NCBI GenBank assembly: GCA_031370645.1
Contig: JANMQV010000011.1
Span: 1 to 14,498, forward strand
Source of the DNA: Candidatus Eiseniibacteriota bacterium
Lineage (GTDB): Bacteria > Eisenbacteria > RBG-16-71-46 > SZUA-252
Length of the DNA: 14,498 nt
Direction of reading: 5' to 3'
Positions 1 to 7,537 of the stretch are shown in pieces (position 1 is the first letter of the stretch; every line of letters starts with the position of its first letter). The notes below the pieces were generated by a model that was not told the origin of the DNA, did not search any database, and saw only the letters and a list, made by a program, of their open reading frames with translations. Position numbers and translations under genes: made by a program.

Positions 1-312
1 CATCGTGCCAAAGCGGCGGACGAGCGCTTGATAGGTACGCGGGAGCGACTGGAGCAACGAATTGGTAGCGTCGTCGAGGTCGTCATCCGGAGGGATGGCG
101 ACGACGCCCGACTGCGGCGTGGAGATCAGGATCTTCGGGCGCCCGAGCGGCGGCGATCCTTCCTTCTTCGGCTTCGGCGCGGCCGAGGCAAGCGAGGCCA
201 TCGCGAGGACGAGGACGAGCACTAGCGCGAGTGCGGGCACGACTTTGGCTGAGCGTGCGCCCGCGATCGCAAGAGCGAGCGCCCGAGTGGAGCGGATCGG
301 CGCGCGCTTCAT
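1..312 (-). CDS. Hypothetical exported protein, N-terminal 104 codons only (runs off the window edge)
   Basis: Not in the ORF track; translated by hand. The ATG at 312-310 overlaps the upstream stop (ATGA) and the frame stays open to position 1: MKRAPIRSTRALALAIAGARSAKVVPALALVLVLVLAMASLASA-APKPKKEG... It has a basic N-region, a hydrophobic core and an A-S-A signal peptidase I-like site. Confidence 0.8.
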   Translation of the reverse strand, partial: MKRAPIRSTRALALAIAGARSAKVVPALALVLVLVLAMASLASAAPKPKKEGSPPLGRPKILISTPQSGVVAIPPDDDLDDATNSLLQSLPRTYQALVRRFGTM

Positions 313-3300
313 CGCCCGCCCTCCTTCATCAGCGACTCCAAATACTCATCCACGAGCGCGCGGTACTTCGGGGTTACCGGGTCGCGGCTCCCCTTCGCGA
401 GGAGCGATGCCAACGACGGGCGCGCCTTCAGCAATTCCGGCGACAGCGCCCCCGGCGAGGAGCGAACCACGTCCACGCCGGGCCGCGACATCCGCTTCCG
501 CGAATAGTCGCGCTTCTCGACACTTCGCGGCGCGTCGAGGAGACGGCTCAGAATCCGCTGCTGCTTGTTCACGGTATCGGGGCCGAGGCGCCCGGCGCGG
601 AGATCCTGCTCCACGCCCTTCATCTCATCCGCCACGCCGCCCATGTTCCCGAGCGGCTTCCCGGTTCCGTCCTGCATCTTCTTCATCGCGCCTTCGAGGC
701 CCTGGCGGATCGCCTCCTGCTCGGCCGCCATTCGCTGGAGCGACTCGCCGTCGCCCGGCGAGAGCCGGCCGTCCATGCCGTTCGGTTTCCCCTGCCCCGG
801 CATCATTCCCATCGTCTCTTCGTTCAGCCCCTGCTGCTGGCCCGCCAGCGACTGGAGTTGCTGCATCGCTTCGGACATGCCGGTCGACGACTTCGCTCCC
901 TGCATCGACTCCTTCGACTTCAAGAGTCCGGTCGCCGCCTGGTTGAGCGCGATCGTCGATTCCTTCGTCCCCATGAGCCCGCCGAGGAGATCTTGCTGCG
1001 AATACCGGCCGACGGCGTTGTCCTGATTCTGGAGCGCGCGACCGATCGACTGCCCCACATCCGGCGCGAGGAAGAGCGTCTGCTTCGAAATATCGCCCAC
1101 ACGCTGCGCGGCGCTCCTCGTCGTTTCTTCGAGTCCCTTCTGTTTCTCGGCGCGCTCGTTCACCGACGTCTCCTCGTCGGTCAACATGTCCGCCTGCATC
1201 GAGGCGATGTCGAGCAGATCCTGCGCGGCATCTTCCATCTCCTTCGCGAGTTGGTTCTTCTTCCGATCGCGGAACCCCTCGCGCATCTCGTCCGTCTTCT
1301 TTCGCGCCTGCTGGAGTCGCTTCTGGAGCCCCTGCGTTTTCTCCTTCGCTTCCTGCTTCTCGCCCTGCTGCATCGATCGTTCGGCCTGCTGCATTTCCTG
1401 CTGCATTTCCTGAGGGCTCATCTGCTGGCTCAGTTCCTGGGCCTGCTTCGAGGCTTCCTGGTCCATGCCGTGGAGGTCCTTCGCCAGGGCGTCCATGGCA
1501 GCCTTCTGCTCCGCCGCCATCTTCTCCAGTTCCTTCTGCGCCTCGGCGAGCGCCTTCGTCTCCTCGGGAGACTTGGCGCGGGCGAGCGAATCGTTGAGAG
1601 CGATCTGGCGGCGCTCCATCTCGGCGGCGCGCTCGGAGGCGGCTTCCATCCGCTCCTCCATCCGGATCTGCTTCAATAATTCGATCGTCCGCTGGATGTT
1701 CTTCATCGCGTCGTCCTGCGTGACCTTGAAGTTCTCCATCGCCTGCTGGACGTCCTGCGGCTGCATGTTCCGAAGCGCTTCCTGGAGCCGCTGCATGGCG
1801 CGCAGGAGCGACTGGTCCTTGATCTGGGCCAAGATCTGCTGCAGTTCGTTGATCTTCTGAACCAGCTCGGCGTTCAGGGCGCGCGACTGCGATAGTTTCT
1901 CGGCGCTCTGCTGCAGCTGCTGCGCCGCCTTCTCCACCATGTCGCGGAGTTTCTGCTCTCCTTCGGCCGCCTTTTGCACCTGCTGGCGCTGCTCCCACGT
2001 CATTTCGCGCGACTGGCCGACGTCTCGGGAGATCTCCTCCGACTTCTGCTGCAACTCGCGGGCACCCTTCAGGACTTCCTCAAGCGTCTCGATCGTCTCG
2101 TCCCGCTCCTTCTGCATGGACGCGAGGATCTCGGTCGCGGAAGGGAACCGGAGGCGCCGCTCGTCGGACCAGGCGGTCTGAGGGCCGTCCACCGCGTTTC
2201 CATCGACCGCTCCGACCTGGTAGGCGATCTCTTCGCCCGGGAGGAGATTCATCGCCTGAAGCGGCCAGGTGTAGCGAATCGCCAGTTCGCGGCTCCCCGC
2301 CTTCTCCTCGTGAAGCGTCTCCACGCGCGACGCTTCCTCGCGCGCGTGATAGCGCAGGAGCATTTTTCGGACCCCATGGTCGTCGGTAGCGCCGGCGATG
2401 ATCGTCGAGGTCATGTCGTGCGAGACATCCGCCACCGAACCGGGCGCGAGCACGGTCACCGTGGGCGGGCGGTCGGGAATCGCTCGAAGATCGAACGGTC
2501 CCAGATCGGCGCGGCGGCCGCGCGCGTCGGTGAGGCGAATCGTGATCTCGTCGTCGCTCCGAATCGGGACGTCGAATCCGACCATTCGCACCCCACGCGT
2601 TCCGTCGATTCGCGCGCCGCTTCGATCGCCGATGAGGGTCGCGCCGGCGGCGTCGCGGCTGAGCGTCACTTCGAGCCGCGCCCTCGATCCGCGGGGCGCC
2701 GCGAGGTCGCCGGTCAGAGCCTGTATCTCCTCGGTCTTGAGTCCCGTATAGGCGGGATACTCGTAGCGGATCCGATAACCGGTGGCGCGCGGGAGATCGC
2801 GCACGGAGAGCGCGTACTCGGGCGACTCGGCGTCGCCGGCGCGGACGCGATAGCGGACGTCCTCCTTCACGTTCGGCAGGCGAAGTTCGTACACGCGCTC
2901 GCCGGGACGGGCGGCGTCGAGCGCCTCTTTCTCGTCGGCGTTCCCCATGTTCGCGTCCACCCACGCATCTTCCCGCTTCGTCACGAGCTGGGCGCGGGCG
3001 GATGTGCCGTGGACGTAGGCGCGCACCACGACGGTGGCGCCTCCTTCGATCTCTTTCGCGCCGGGCGTGACGCGAAGCCCGATCGGAGCCCGAGGCGCCG
3101 AAGCGGGATTCGCGATGTGGGCGAGCACTTGCGGCGTGCGCGCGCCGCCGATGACGGCCGCCGCGATCGCGACGATGAGCGCGGAGGCGGCGATCGTGCG
3201 CCAGCGGCGTCGCGCCGGCCAATCGGCCAGCCGTTCCAAAGGAAGGTCGCCCGCACGTTTCGCGGCCACGGCGATGGCGGCGTCTCGGAGCGCCGCGGAG

Positions 3301-3704
3301 GCATCGGCATGCGCGCCGGTCGCGGTGCCCGATCCCGCTCCCGCGCCCGCCGCGATCTCCCGCTCGGCGTCGCGCGACAGTTCGAGCGCGGTGAGCAATT
3401 CATCCTTCCGCTCCGGCTCGAGCGAGCCCGCTTCGATCGCGATCTCCTCGGGCGAAAGGTGCTCCCGCAACATCCTCCAAACACCCGCCCCGACAAGGAG
3501 CGCGCCTCCGACGAGGAGCAGCAAGCGAAGCGCGGCGTAGTGCCCCCGATAGAGCGTGGCGGCCAGTGCTACGACGAGAGCTCCTGCCACGAGCGCCGCG
3601 GCGATCGCCACCAGCGGAAGCGCCGTTCGCTCGGCGGCGCGCTGGAAGAGAGCGCGCCGGGCTCGGGCGAGATGTTGAAGGAGGGTGTCGCGGGCCGGGC
3701 TCAT
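309..3704 (-). CDS. DUF4175-like large membrane-anchored protein (N-terminal TM helices, beta-rich Ig-like region, long Gln/Glu-rich coiled coil), 1131 aa
   Basis: Long ORF starting 1 nt after the DUF4159 stop. About 3 hydrophobic segments in the first ~190 aa. Motifs YRVRAGDAESPEY, YEYPAYTG, IPDRPPTV, ATDDHGV, LLPGEEIAYQVGAVDGNAVDGP are typical of this family. After about residue 520 the sequence is helical and Q/E/K/M-rich, ending ...KYRALVDEYLESL. The CDS is certain; the family name is recalled. Confidence 0.8.
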   Translation of the reverse strand: MSPARDTLLQHLARARRALFQRAAERTALPLVAIAAALVAGALVVALAATLYRGHYAALRLLLLVGGALLVGAGVWRMLREHLSPEEIAIEAGSLEPERKDELLTALELSRDAEREIAAGAGAGSGTATGAHADASAALRDAAIAVAAKRAGDLPLERLADWPARRRWRTIAASALIVAIAAAVIGGARTPQVLAHIANPASAPRAPIGLRVTPGAKEIEGGATVVVRAYVHGTSARAQLVTKREDAWVDANMGNADEKEALDAARPGERVYELRLPNVKEDVRYRVRAGDAESPEYALSVRDLPRATGYRIRYEYPAYTGLKTEEIQALTGDLAAPRGSRARLEVTLSRDAAGATLIGDRSGARIDGTRGVRMVGFDVPIRSDDEITIRLTDARGRRADLGPFDLRAIPDRPPTVTVLAPGSVADVSHDMTSTIIAGATDDHGVRKMLLRYHAREEASRVETLHEEKAGSRELAIRYTWPLQAMNLLPGEEIAYQVGAVDGNAVDGPQTAWSDERRLRFPSATEILASMQKERDETIETLEEVLKGARELQQKSEEISRDVGQSREMTWEQRQQVQKAAEGEQKLRDMVEKAAQQLQQSAEKLSQSRALNAELVQKINELQQILAQIKDQSLLRAMQRLQEALRNMQPQDVQQAMENFKVTQDDAMKNIQRTIELLKQIRMEERMEAASERAAEMERRQIALNDSLARAKSPEETKALAEAQKELEKMAAEQKAAMDALAKDLHGMDQEASKQAQELSQQMSPQEMQQEMQQAERSMQQGEKQEAKEKTQGLQKRLQQARKKTDEMREGFRDRKKNQLAKEMEDAAQDLLDIASMQADMLTDEETSVNERAEKQKGLEETTRSAAQRVGDISKQTLFLAPDVGQSIGRALQNQDNAVGRYSQQDLLGGLMGTKESTIALNQAATGLLKSKESMQGAKSSTGMSEAMQQLQSLAGQQQGLNEETMGMMPGQGKPNGMDGRLSPGDGESLQRMAAEQEAIRQGLEGAMKKMQDGTGKPLGNMGGVADEMKGVEQDLRAGRLGPDTVNKQQRILSRLLDAPRSVEKRDYSRKRMSRPGVDVVRSSPGALSPELLKARPSLASLLAKGSRDPVTPKYRALVDEYLESLMKEGGR
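1385..1412. repeat. 12-bp tandem repeat (about 2.3 copies) encoding QEMQQEMQQ inside the coiled coil
   Basis: CCTGCTGCATTT CCTGCTGCATTT CCTG, read directly from the sequence. Confidence 0.8.
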
Positions 3705-3705
3705 G

Positions 3706-4416
3706 TCAGTTCGTGAGGGCGTAGGTCGCGATGTTCACGGCAAAGCGAAGCGCCGCCTGGCGCTTCTCCGGAGAATCGTCGTGGACGCCCGCATCCTCGA
3801 TCCCGTTTCCGATGTCGGTGTCGAACGTGTAGAGCACCACGATCCGGCCGTTCCGAAGCAACGCGAAGACGCGCGGCGGCCCCCCGTCGTGCTCGTGAAC
3901 TTTCGGCGGACCCGAGGGGAACGCGTACGGCGCCTTGAAGAGCGGATGCGTGAAGGGCAATTCCGTGAGCGCCGTCTCGGGATAGAGGCGGTTCATCATG
4001 GCGCGGAAGGAGACGTCCAGGCCGAAATTGTCGTCGGCCCAGAGAAAGCCCCCCTGGTCGAGGTAGGCGCGGAGCGATTTCAATTCGTCGTCGTTCAGCT
4101 TCACGTTGCCGTGTCCCGTCATGAAGAGCATCGGGTAGTTCCAGAGTTCGGGATCTGTCGCGGTGACGACCGCTTCCTTGTCGTGCGAGGTCCGGATGTC
4201 GCCGCGTTCGCGAAGGGCGCGGAGGAGATTCTTGAGCGACGATTCGTCGGAATACCAGTCGCCGCCGCCCGTGTACTTGAGCCGCGCCACTGTAAATCCG
4301 CCCGTGAGGTCGGGACGCGGCCCGCGATTCTGCGCCTCGGCGCGCCCCGGACGGGCAACTCCTAGGACGGCCACGGCGAGAAAGAGGTTGGCGATTAATC
4401 TAAGACTAAGCCACAT
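3706..4416 (-). CDS. DUF4159 domain-containing exported protein, 236 aa
   Basis: Signal peptide-like N-terminus (...LFLAVAVLGVARPGRAEA-Q). Motifs ARLKYTGGGDWY, LFMTGHG, LRAYLDQGGFLWADD, HPLF, PPKVHEHDG, DTDIGNGIED match DUF4159 as I recall it. An in-frame stop lies just upstream, so the start cannot be further 5'. Confidence 0.85.
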   Translation of the reverse strand: MWLSLRLIANLFLAVAVLGVARPGRAEAQNRGPRPDLTGGFTVARLKYTGGGDWYSDESSLKNLLRALRERGDIRTSHDKEAVVTATDPELWNYPMLFMTGHGNVKLNDDELKSLRAYLDQGGFLWADDNFGLDVSFRAMMNRLYPETALTELPFTHPLFKAPYAFPSGPPKVHEHDGGPPRVFALLRNGRIVVLYTFDTDIGNGIEDAGVHDDSPEKRQAALRFAVNIATYALTN

Positions 4417-4484
4417 ATGGCGTTATCAGTGCTCCACGCGAGGACGGAATGAGGGGGCGTCTCGGATGCGCTTCCAGTCACTCC

Positions 4485-4493
4485 AGCATACCA
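4485..4493 (-). promoter_or_regulatory. Candidate extended -10 promoter for the DUF4159 operon
   Basis: The minus strand reads TG-G-TATGCT (TGnTANNNT), about 70 nt upstream of the DUF4159 start. No convincing -35. Confidence 0.45.
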
Positions 4494-4621
4494 GAGGCGG
4501 GGCCGGGCGAAGCGGCCCTAACCAGCAGTACATCGACACTTAGGGGCGGTTCCGGGAGGCACGATGATTCTCGTCGGGGCGCTGGAATGGGGCCGGGGGG
4601 TTCGAATCCTAAGGGTTGTGG

Positions 4622-4658
4622 GTAAAGTCAACTTGACAAAATGTAAACCGAACTGTAT
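4622..4658. promoter_or_regulatory. Two candidate operators (GTAAAG-N4-CTTTAC-like imperfect palindromes) for the downstream XRE regulator
   Basis: GTAAAG-tcaa-CTTGAC (4622-4637) and GTAAAC-cgaa-CTGTAT (4643-4658) start 21 bp apart and overlap the -35 and -10 boxes respectively. Confidence 0.6.
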
Positions 4659-4661
4659 CTT
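4633..4661 (+). promoter_or_regulatory. Sigma70-type promoter
   Basis: TTGACA (4633-4638), 17-bp spacer, TATCTT (4656-4661), in a locally AT-rich patch. Confidence 0.8.
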
Positions 4662-4733
4662 TGTTTCATGAGGACAGGGCGCCGGGCGACCACCGGCGCA
4701 TTGAAATGAACTCTTCGCAAGTTGGAGGTGAAG

Positions 4734-5156
4734 ATGGATTCCGAATCCCAACATTCTCCCCCGCAAAGCGCCCAGTGCTCCGGGGAATCGTGGCGCTCGC
4801 TGCCGATCCTCCTCGCATTCGCTCTCGCCTACGTCGGAGCGATCTTCATGCTGAAGTTCGTCCCGATGCCGCGGGCGGCCGAGATATCGGTCGCGCTCAC
4901 CCCCGTTCTCCTCTTCGCGTGGTACATCTGGCACTGGATGCGCGGAGTTCGCCGGCTCGACGAGTTGCAGCGACTCATCACGCTCGAAGCGCTCGCCTTC
5001 GCCTATCCCGTTTCGCTCCTTCTGATCCTCACGCTCGGGCTTCTCGAGTTGGCCGGACTCGGAAGGCCAAACTTCATCGACTACCTGCAGCTCTGGCCGC
5101 TCGTCTTCTGGTTCTACTTCATCGGGCTCATCATCGCCCGCCGGCGCTACGCGTGA
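4734..5156 (+). CDS. Four-TM integral membrane protein (DUF2178-like 'DE' motif), partner of the XRE regulator, 140 aa
   Basis: GGAGG at 4724-4728 then ATG 4734. Four hydrophobic segments, a central RRLDELQRLITLEALAFAY motif and a C-terminal RRRY. The product name is tentative. Confidence 0.8.
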   Translation: MDSESQHSPPQSAQCSGESWRSLPILLAFALAYVGAIFMLKFVPMPRAAEISVALTPVLLFAWYIWHWMRGVRRLDELQRLITLEALAFAYPVSLLLILTLGLLELAGLGRPNFIDYLQLWPLVFWFYFIGLIIARRRYA

Positions 5157-5169
5157 CCAGGGGGTGGCG

Positions 5170-5373
5170 ATGAAGAACCGATTGAGGGTGCTTCGAGCCG
5201 AGCGCGATTGGACGCAGGCGGACTTGGCGAATCGGCTCGGTGTGTCTCGGCAGACGATTCACGCGCTCGAGTCTGGGAAATACGACCCGAGCCTTCCGCT
5301 CGCCTTCAAGATCGCGAAACTCTTCAAGGCGCCGATCGAAGCGATCTTCGATCCGGACGACGCGGCGGCGTGA
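5170..5373 (+). CDS. XRE/Cro-C1 family helix-turn-helix transcriptional regulator, 67 aa
   Basis: MKNRLRVLRAERDWTQADLANRLGVSRQTIHALESGKYDPSLPLAFKIAKLF is a canonical HTH_3 pattern. G-rich RBS upstream. Confidence 0.95.
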   Translation: MKNRLRVLRAERDWTQADLANRLGVSRQTIHALESGKYDPSLPLAFKIAKLFKAPIEAIFDPDDAAA

Positions 5374-5379
5374 CCAGGT

Positions 5380-6117
5380 CTAGCGGGGCTTCGGTCTTTC
5401 GGTGAGGCGGTCGAGCACGGTTTCGAGGAGCGGCTGGATGGCCGCGTATCGCGCCGGTGTGCCGAGCAGATCTTCTGGGTTAGGGAGCGCGTCGGCGGCG
5501 CCCCCGGCAGCGCAGACGACTTCCGCTTCGATCATGGCGGCCACGCTCTCCTCCGTCGCCTCCAGATGGAATTGGAGCGCGAGGACCAACGCGCCGCCGC
5601 GCGAAGGGCCGCCGTCGAATTCAATTTCGAACGCCTGGTTCGCGCACGCTGCGTTCTCGGCCAGGCGGAGCGCCCCGCTCGGCAATTCGAACGTCTCTCC
5701 ATGCCAGTGGAGCGGTGTAAACGTCGCGGGCATCCCCTCGAACGTGCGGGAGCGCGCCGCCCCCTTCAGCAGCCGGACCGGATACCACCCGATTTCGGGC
5801 TCGGGCATGCGAGTGACGCGGCACCCAAGCGCCGACGCGATAACCTGCGCGCCGAGGCAAACGCCGAGAATTCGCCGGTCCGCCTGAACGGTCTCCGCGA
5901 TGAGGCGCTTCTCCTCGACGAGCCAAGGGTGAATCGCCTCGTCGTTAGCGCTCATCGGTCCGCCCAGAACCAAGAGCAAGTCGAACCCCTCGACGGAAGG
6001 CACCGGCTCCCCGAGATCGAGCCGCGTGATCTCGAGCGAGTGACCGCGCGCTTTCGCCCACGCGGCGATTCTCCCCGGCCCTTCGCTCGGCACGTGCTGG
6101 AGCGCGCGAATCCTCAA
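5380..6117 (-). CDS. Class I glutamine amidotransferase (stand-alone, GMP-synthase GATase-like), 245 aa
   Basis: The real gene is the 3' part of the 453-aa ORF. TTG start at 6117 overlaps the upstream stop (TTGA). Motifs LQHVPSEGPG, LGGPMS, GVCLGAQ (nucleophile Cys), EIGW, WHGETF, QFHLE (His-Glu of the triad). Confidence 0.9.
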   Translation of the reverse strand: MRIRALQHVPSEGPGRIAAWAKARGHSLEITRLDLGEPVPSVEGFDLLLVLGGPMSANDEAIHPWLVEEKRLIAETVQADRRILGVCLGAQVIASALGCRVTRMPEPEIGWYPVRLLKGAARSRTFEGMPATFTPLHWHGETFELPSGALRLAENAACANQAFEIEFDGGPSRGGALVLALQFHLEATEESVAAMIEAEVVCAAGGAADALPNPEDLLGTPARYAAIQPLLETVLDRLTERPKPR

Positions 6118-6959
6118 CGCACGGCACCCATCAGGGTGTGCTCCAGCGTGCCGGCCGGATCGCTCATCGAGAACGTGACGGCGGCGAGCGGCTTGTTCGG
6201 GTTCTGCCCCGGATTCACGCAGACGGTGCTCCCGATCCGATCCCAGAACTGTCCCGTGACCACGGGGGCTTCGTGAATGTGCCCGTGGAGCGAGAGCGGC
6301 GGCGAGCGCCGTTCCAGAAACCGCCGCGTCTCGCGCGAGCCGACGTGCACGCGGCCGTGCAGCTGGTCGCAGGCGGTGCCGTGCGGCGGGCTGTGGAACA
6401 TGCAGATCGTGTGCGAGCCATCCTTCGGCCAGCGCCGTTCGAGTTCGGTGAACTCGGCAACGAGCGTCTCGTTCCGCTCGATGCCGACGAAACTGAACGG
6501 ATGCGAACCGCCCACGGTGTCGCTTCGAAAGCCGTGCCAGCGCGTGGCCGGCCCCAGGCCCTCTTCCCAGCGTTCCCAGTCTTTGAGGGCAAAGGGACTC
6601 ACCGGGACGCACGCGAGCCCCGCGAGCGTCCAGCCCGGGAGGAACGGAACGATCCGCCGGTGCGCATGCTTCAGTTTCGAAAGCCCGGCCCCTTCCAAGC
6701 GCGGCACATGCGCCGACCAGTCGTCGTTCCCCATGATCCACCAGACGTCGGCTGCGCCGGGTTCGGCGAAATAGGCGCGGAAGAGCGGGAGAAAGAAGTC
6801 GTCGTAGAAGGCGCGTTGCTCGGCGATGGAACCGTGGCGCGCCAGGTCGCCGCCGAGGAGGATGGCGCGCGCGCCGAATCGGCGTGCCGCGTCGAGCGTT
6901 TCGCGGTAGTGCGGTTCGCTGCCGTGGAGATCGGAGGTGTAGAGAACGTCAGCCTTCAT
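6114..6959 (-). CDS. Calcineurin-like metallophosphoesterase, 281 aa
   Basis: Motifs in order: SDLHG, GGDL, GNDD, HSPP, HGHIHE, VNPG. No signal peptide. Confidence 0.9.
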   Translation of the reverse strand: MKADVLYTSDLHGSEPHYRETLDAARRFGARAILLGGDLARHGSIAEQRAFYDDFFLPLFRAYFAEPGAADVWWIMGNDDWSAHVPRLEGAGLSKLKHAHRRIVPFLPGWTLAGLACVPVSPFALKDWERWEEGLGPATRWHGFRSDTVGGSHPFSFVGIERNETLVAEFTELERRWPKDGSHTICMFHSPPHGTACDQLHGRVHVGSRETRRFLERRSPPLSLHGHIHEAPVVTGQFWDRIGSTVCVNPGQNPNKPLAAVTFSMSDPAGTLEHTLMGAVR

Positions 6960-6980
6960 GTTCCGCGGTGCGCGGGCGAT

Positions 6981-7493
6981 CTAGTCGTTCGCGCGAATCT
7001 CCGTCAGGAGCCAGCCCGCGTCGCCGGACGAGCGCGCCTGCAAGACGACCTCGACGTCGCGCGTGTTTCGCGCGCCGCCCCACTCGCCGATCCAGCGCGC
7101 CCACGCCCGCGCGGTCCGCTTCTTCCCATTGACTTCGAGGCGGATCACTTGAAAGCGGCGCGAGACGACGAGACGCAGTTGGTCCTGAATTAGGAAGGCC
7201 ACGGCGCCAAGCGTCGGCGCGGAGGCGGGCGGCGAACCGGGCTTGAGCGCGACGCGCACGGTGGAGCTATCGCAGAGCGAAGCAAGCGAGTTCGCGTCGA
7301 CGTCGTTCCAGGCGTTTTCCGCCGCGGCGAAAAGCTGGAGCGGTGTGGGCCGGGGCGCGGAAACAACCGGCTCGGGCGTGTCGGGATCCGCAAGCGACGG
7401 GGTAACGGGGAGCCCGGCGAGGAGGGCGGCGGCGAGCGTTGCCGCCAGGCACATTCTCGCGCGTCCAAAACGGCGGTGGAGGTGAAGGTGCAT
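6981..7493 (-). CDS. Hypothetical exported protein, possible NTF2/SnoaL-like fold (~170 aa)
   Basis: GGAGG RBS 5 nt before ATG 7493 (alternative ATG 7496). Basic then hydrophobic signal peptide ending PSLA, Pro-rich linker, helix AAENAWNDVDANSLASL, then beta strands ending WLLTEIR. The fold is an inference. Confidence 0.7.
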   Translation of the reverse strand: MHLHLHRRFGRARMCLAATLAAALLAGLPVTPSLADPDTPEPVVSAPRPTPLQLFAAAENAWNDVDANSLASLCDSSTVRVALKPGSPPASAPTLGAVAFLIQDQLRLVVSRRFQVIRLEVNGKKRTARAWARWIGEWGGARNTRDVEVVLQARSSGDAGWLLTEIRAND

Positions 7494-7506
7494 CATCCCC
7501 TCCGGG

Positions 7507-7536
7507 CGCCGCGCGCGGTTGAAACGTCGCGCGGCG
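7507..7536. other. GC-rich intergenic stem-loop after secF
   Basis: CGCCGCGCG-N12-CGCGCGGCG, a 9-bp stem. No U-tract, so it is more likely a stability or pause element than an intrinsic terminator. Confidence 0.4.
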
Positions 7537-7537
7537 G

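Noticed and set aside
62..3716. Long plus-strand ORFs (62-946, 231-1679, 1974-3716) and alternate-frame minus ORFs (625-1998, 2080-3222)
   Set aside because: Shadow ORFs of the DUF4175-like gene. They are R/L/P/A-rich with no motifs, as expected in high-GC DNA with few stop codons.
4595..4612. GGGGGGTTCGAATCC, resembling a tRNA T-arm or att-site remnant at the edge of the XRE cassette
   Set aside because: The T-stem pairs poorly, I could not fold an acceptor, D or anticodon stem, and there is no CCA, integrase or second copy. tRNAscan-SE or ARAGORN would settle it.
4661..5173. 170-aa plus-strand ORF overlapping the membrane-protein gene
   Set aside because: It starts inside the -10 box and is Arg-rich with no motifs. 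The 4734 frame has the RBS and a coherent TM pattern.
6118..6741. 208-codon N-terminal extension of the 453-aa GATase ORF, suggesting an overlap, fusion or frameshift
   Set aside because: The extension is R/A-rich junk lying inside the phosphoesterase gene in another frame. The TTGA-coupled start at 6117 matches the normal GATase N-terminus, and I saw no slippery site.
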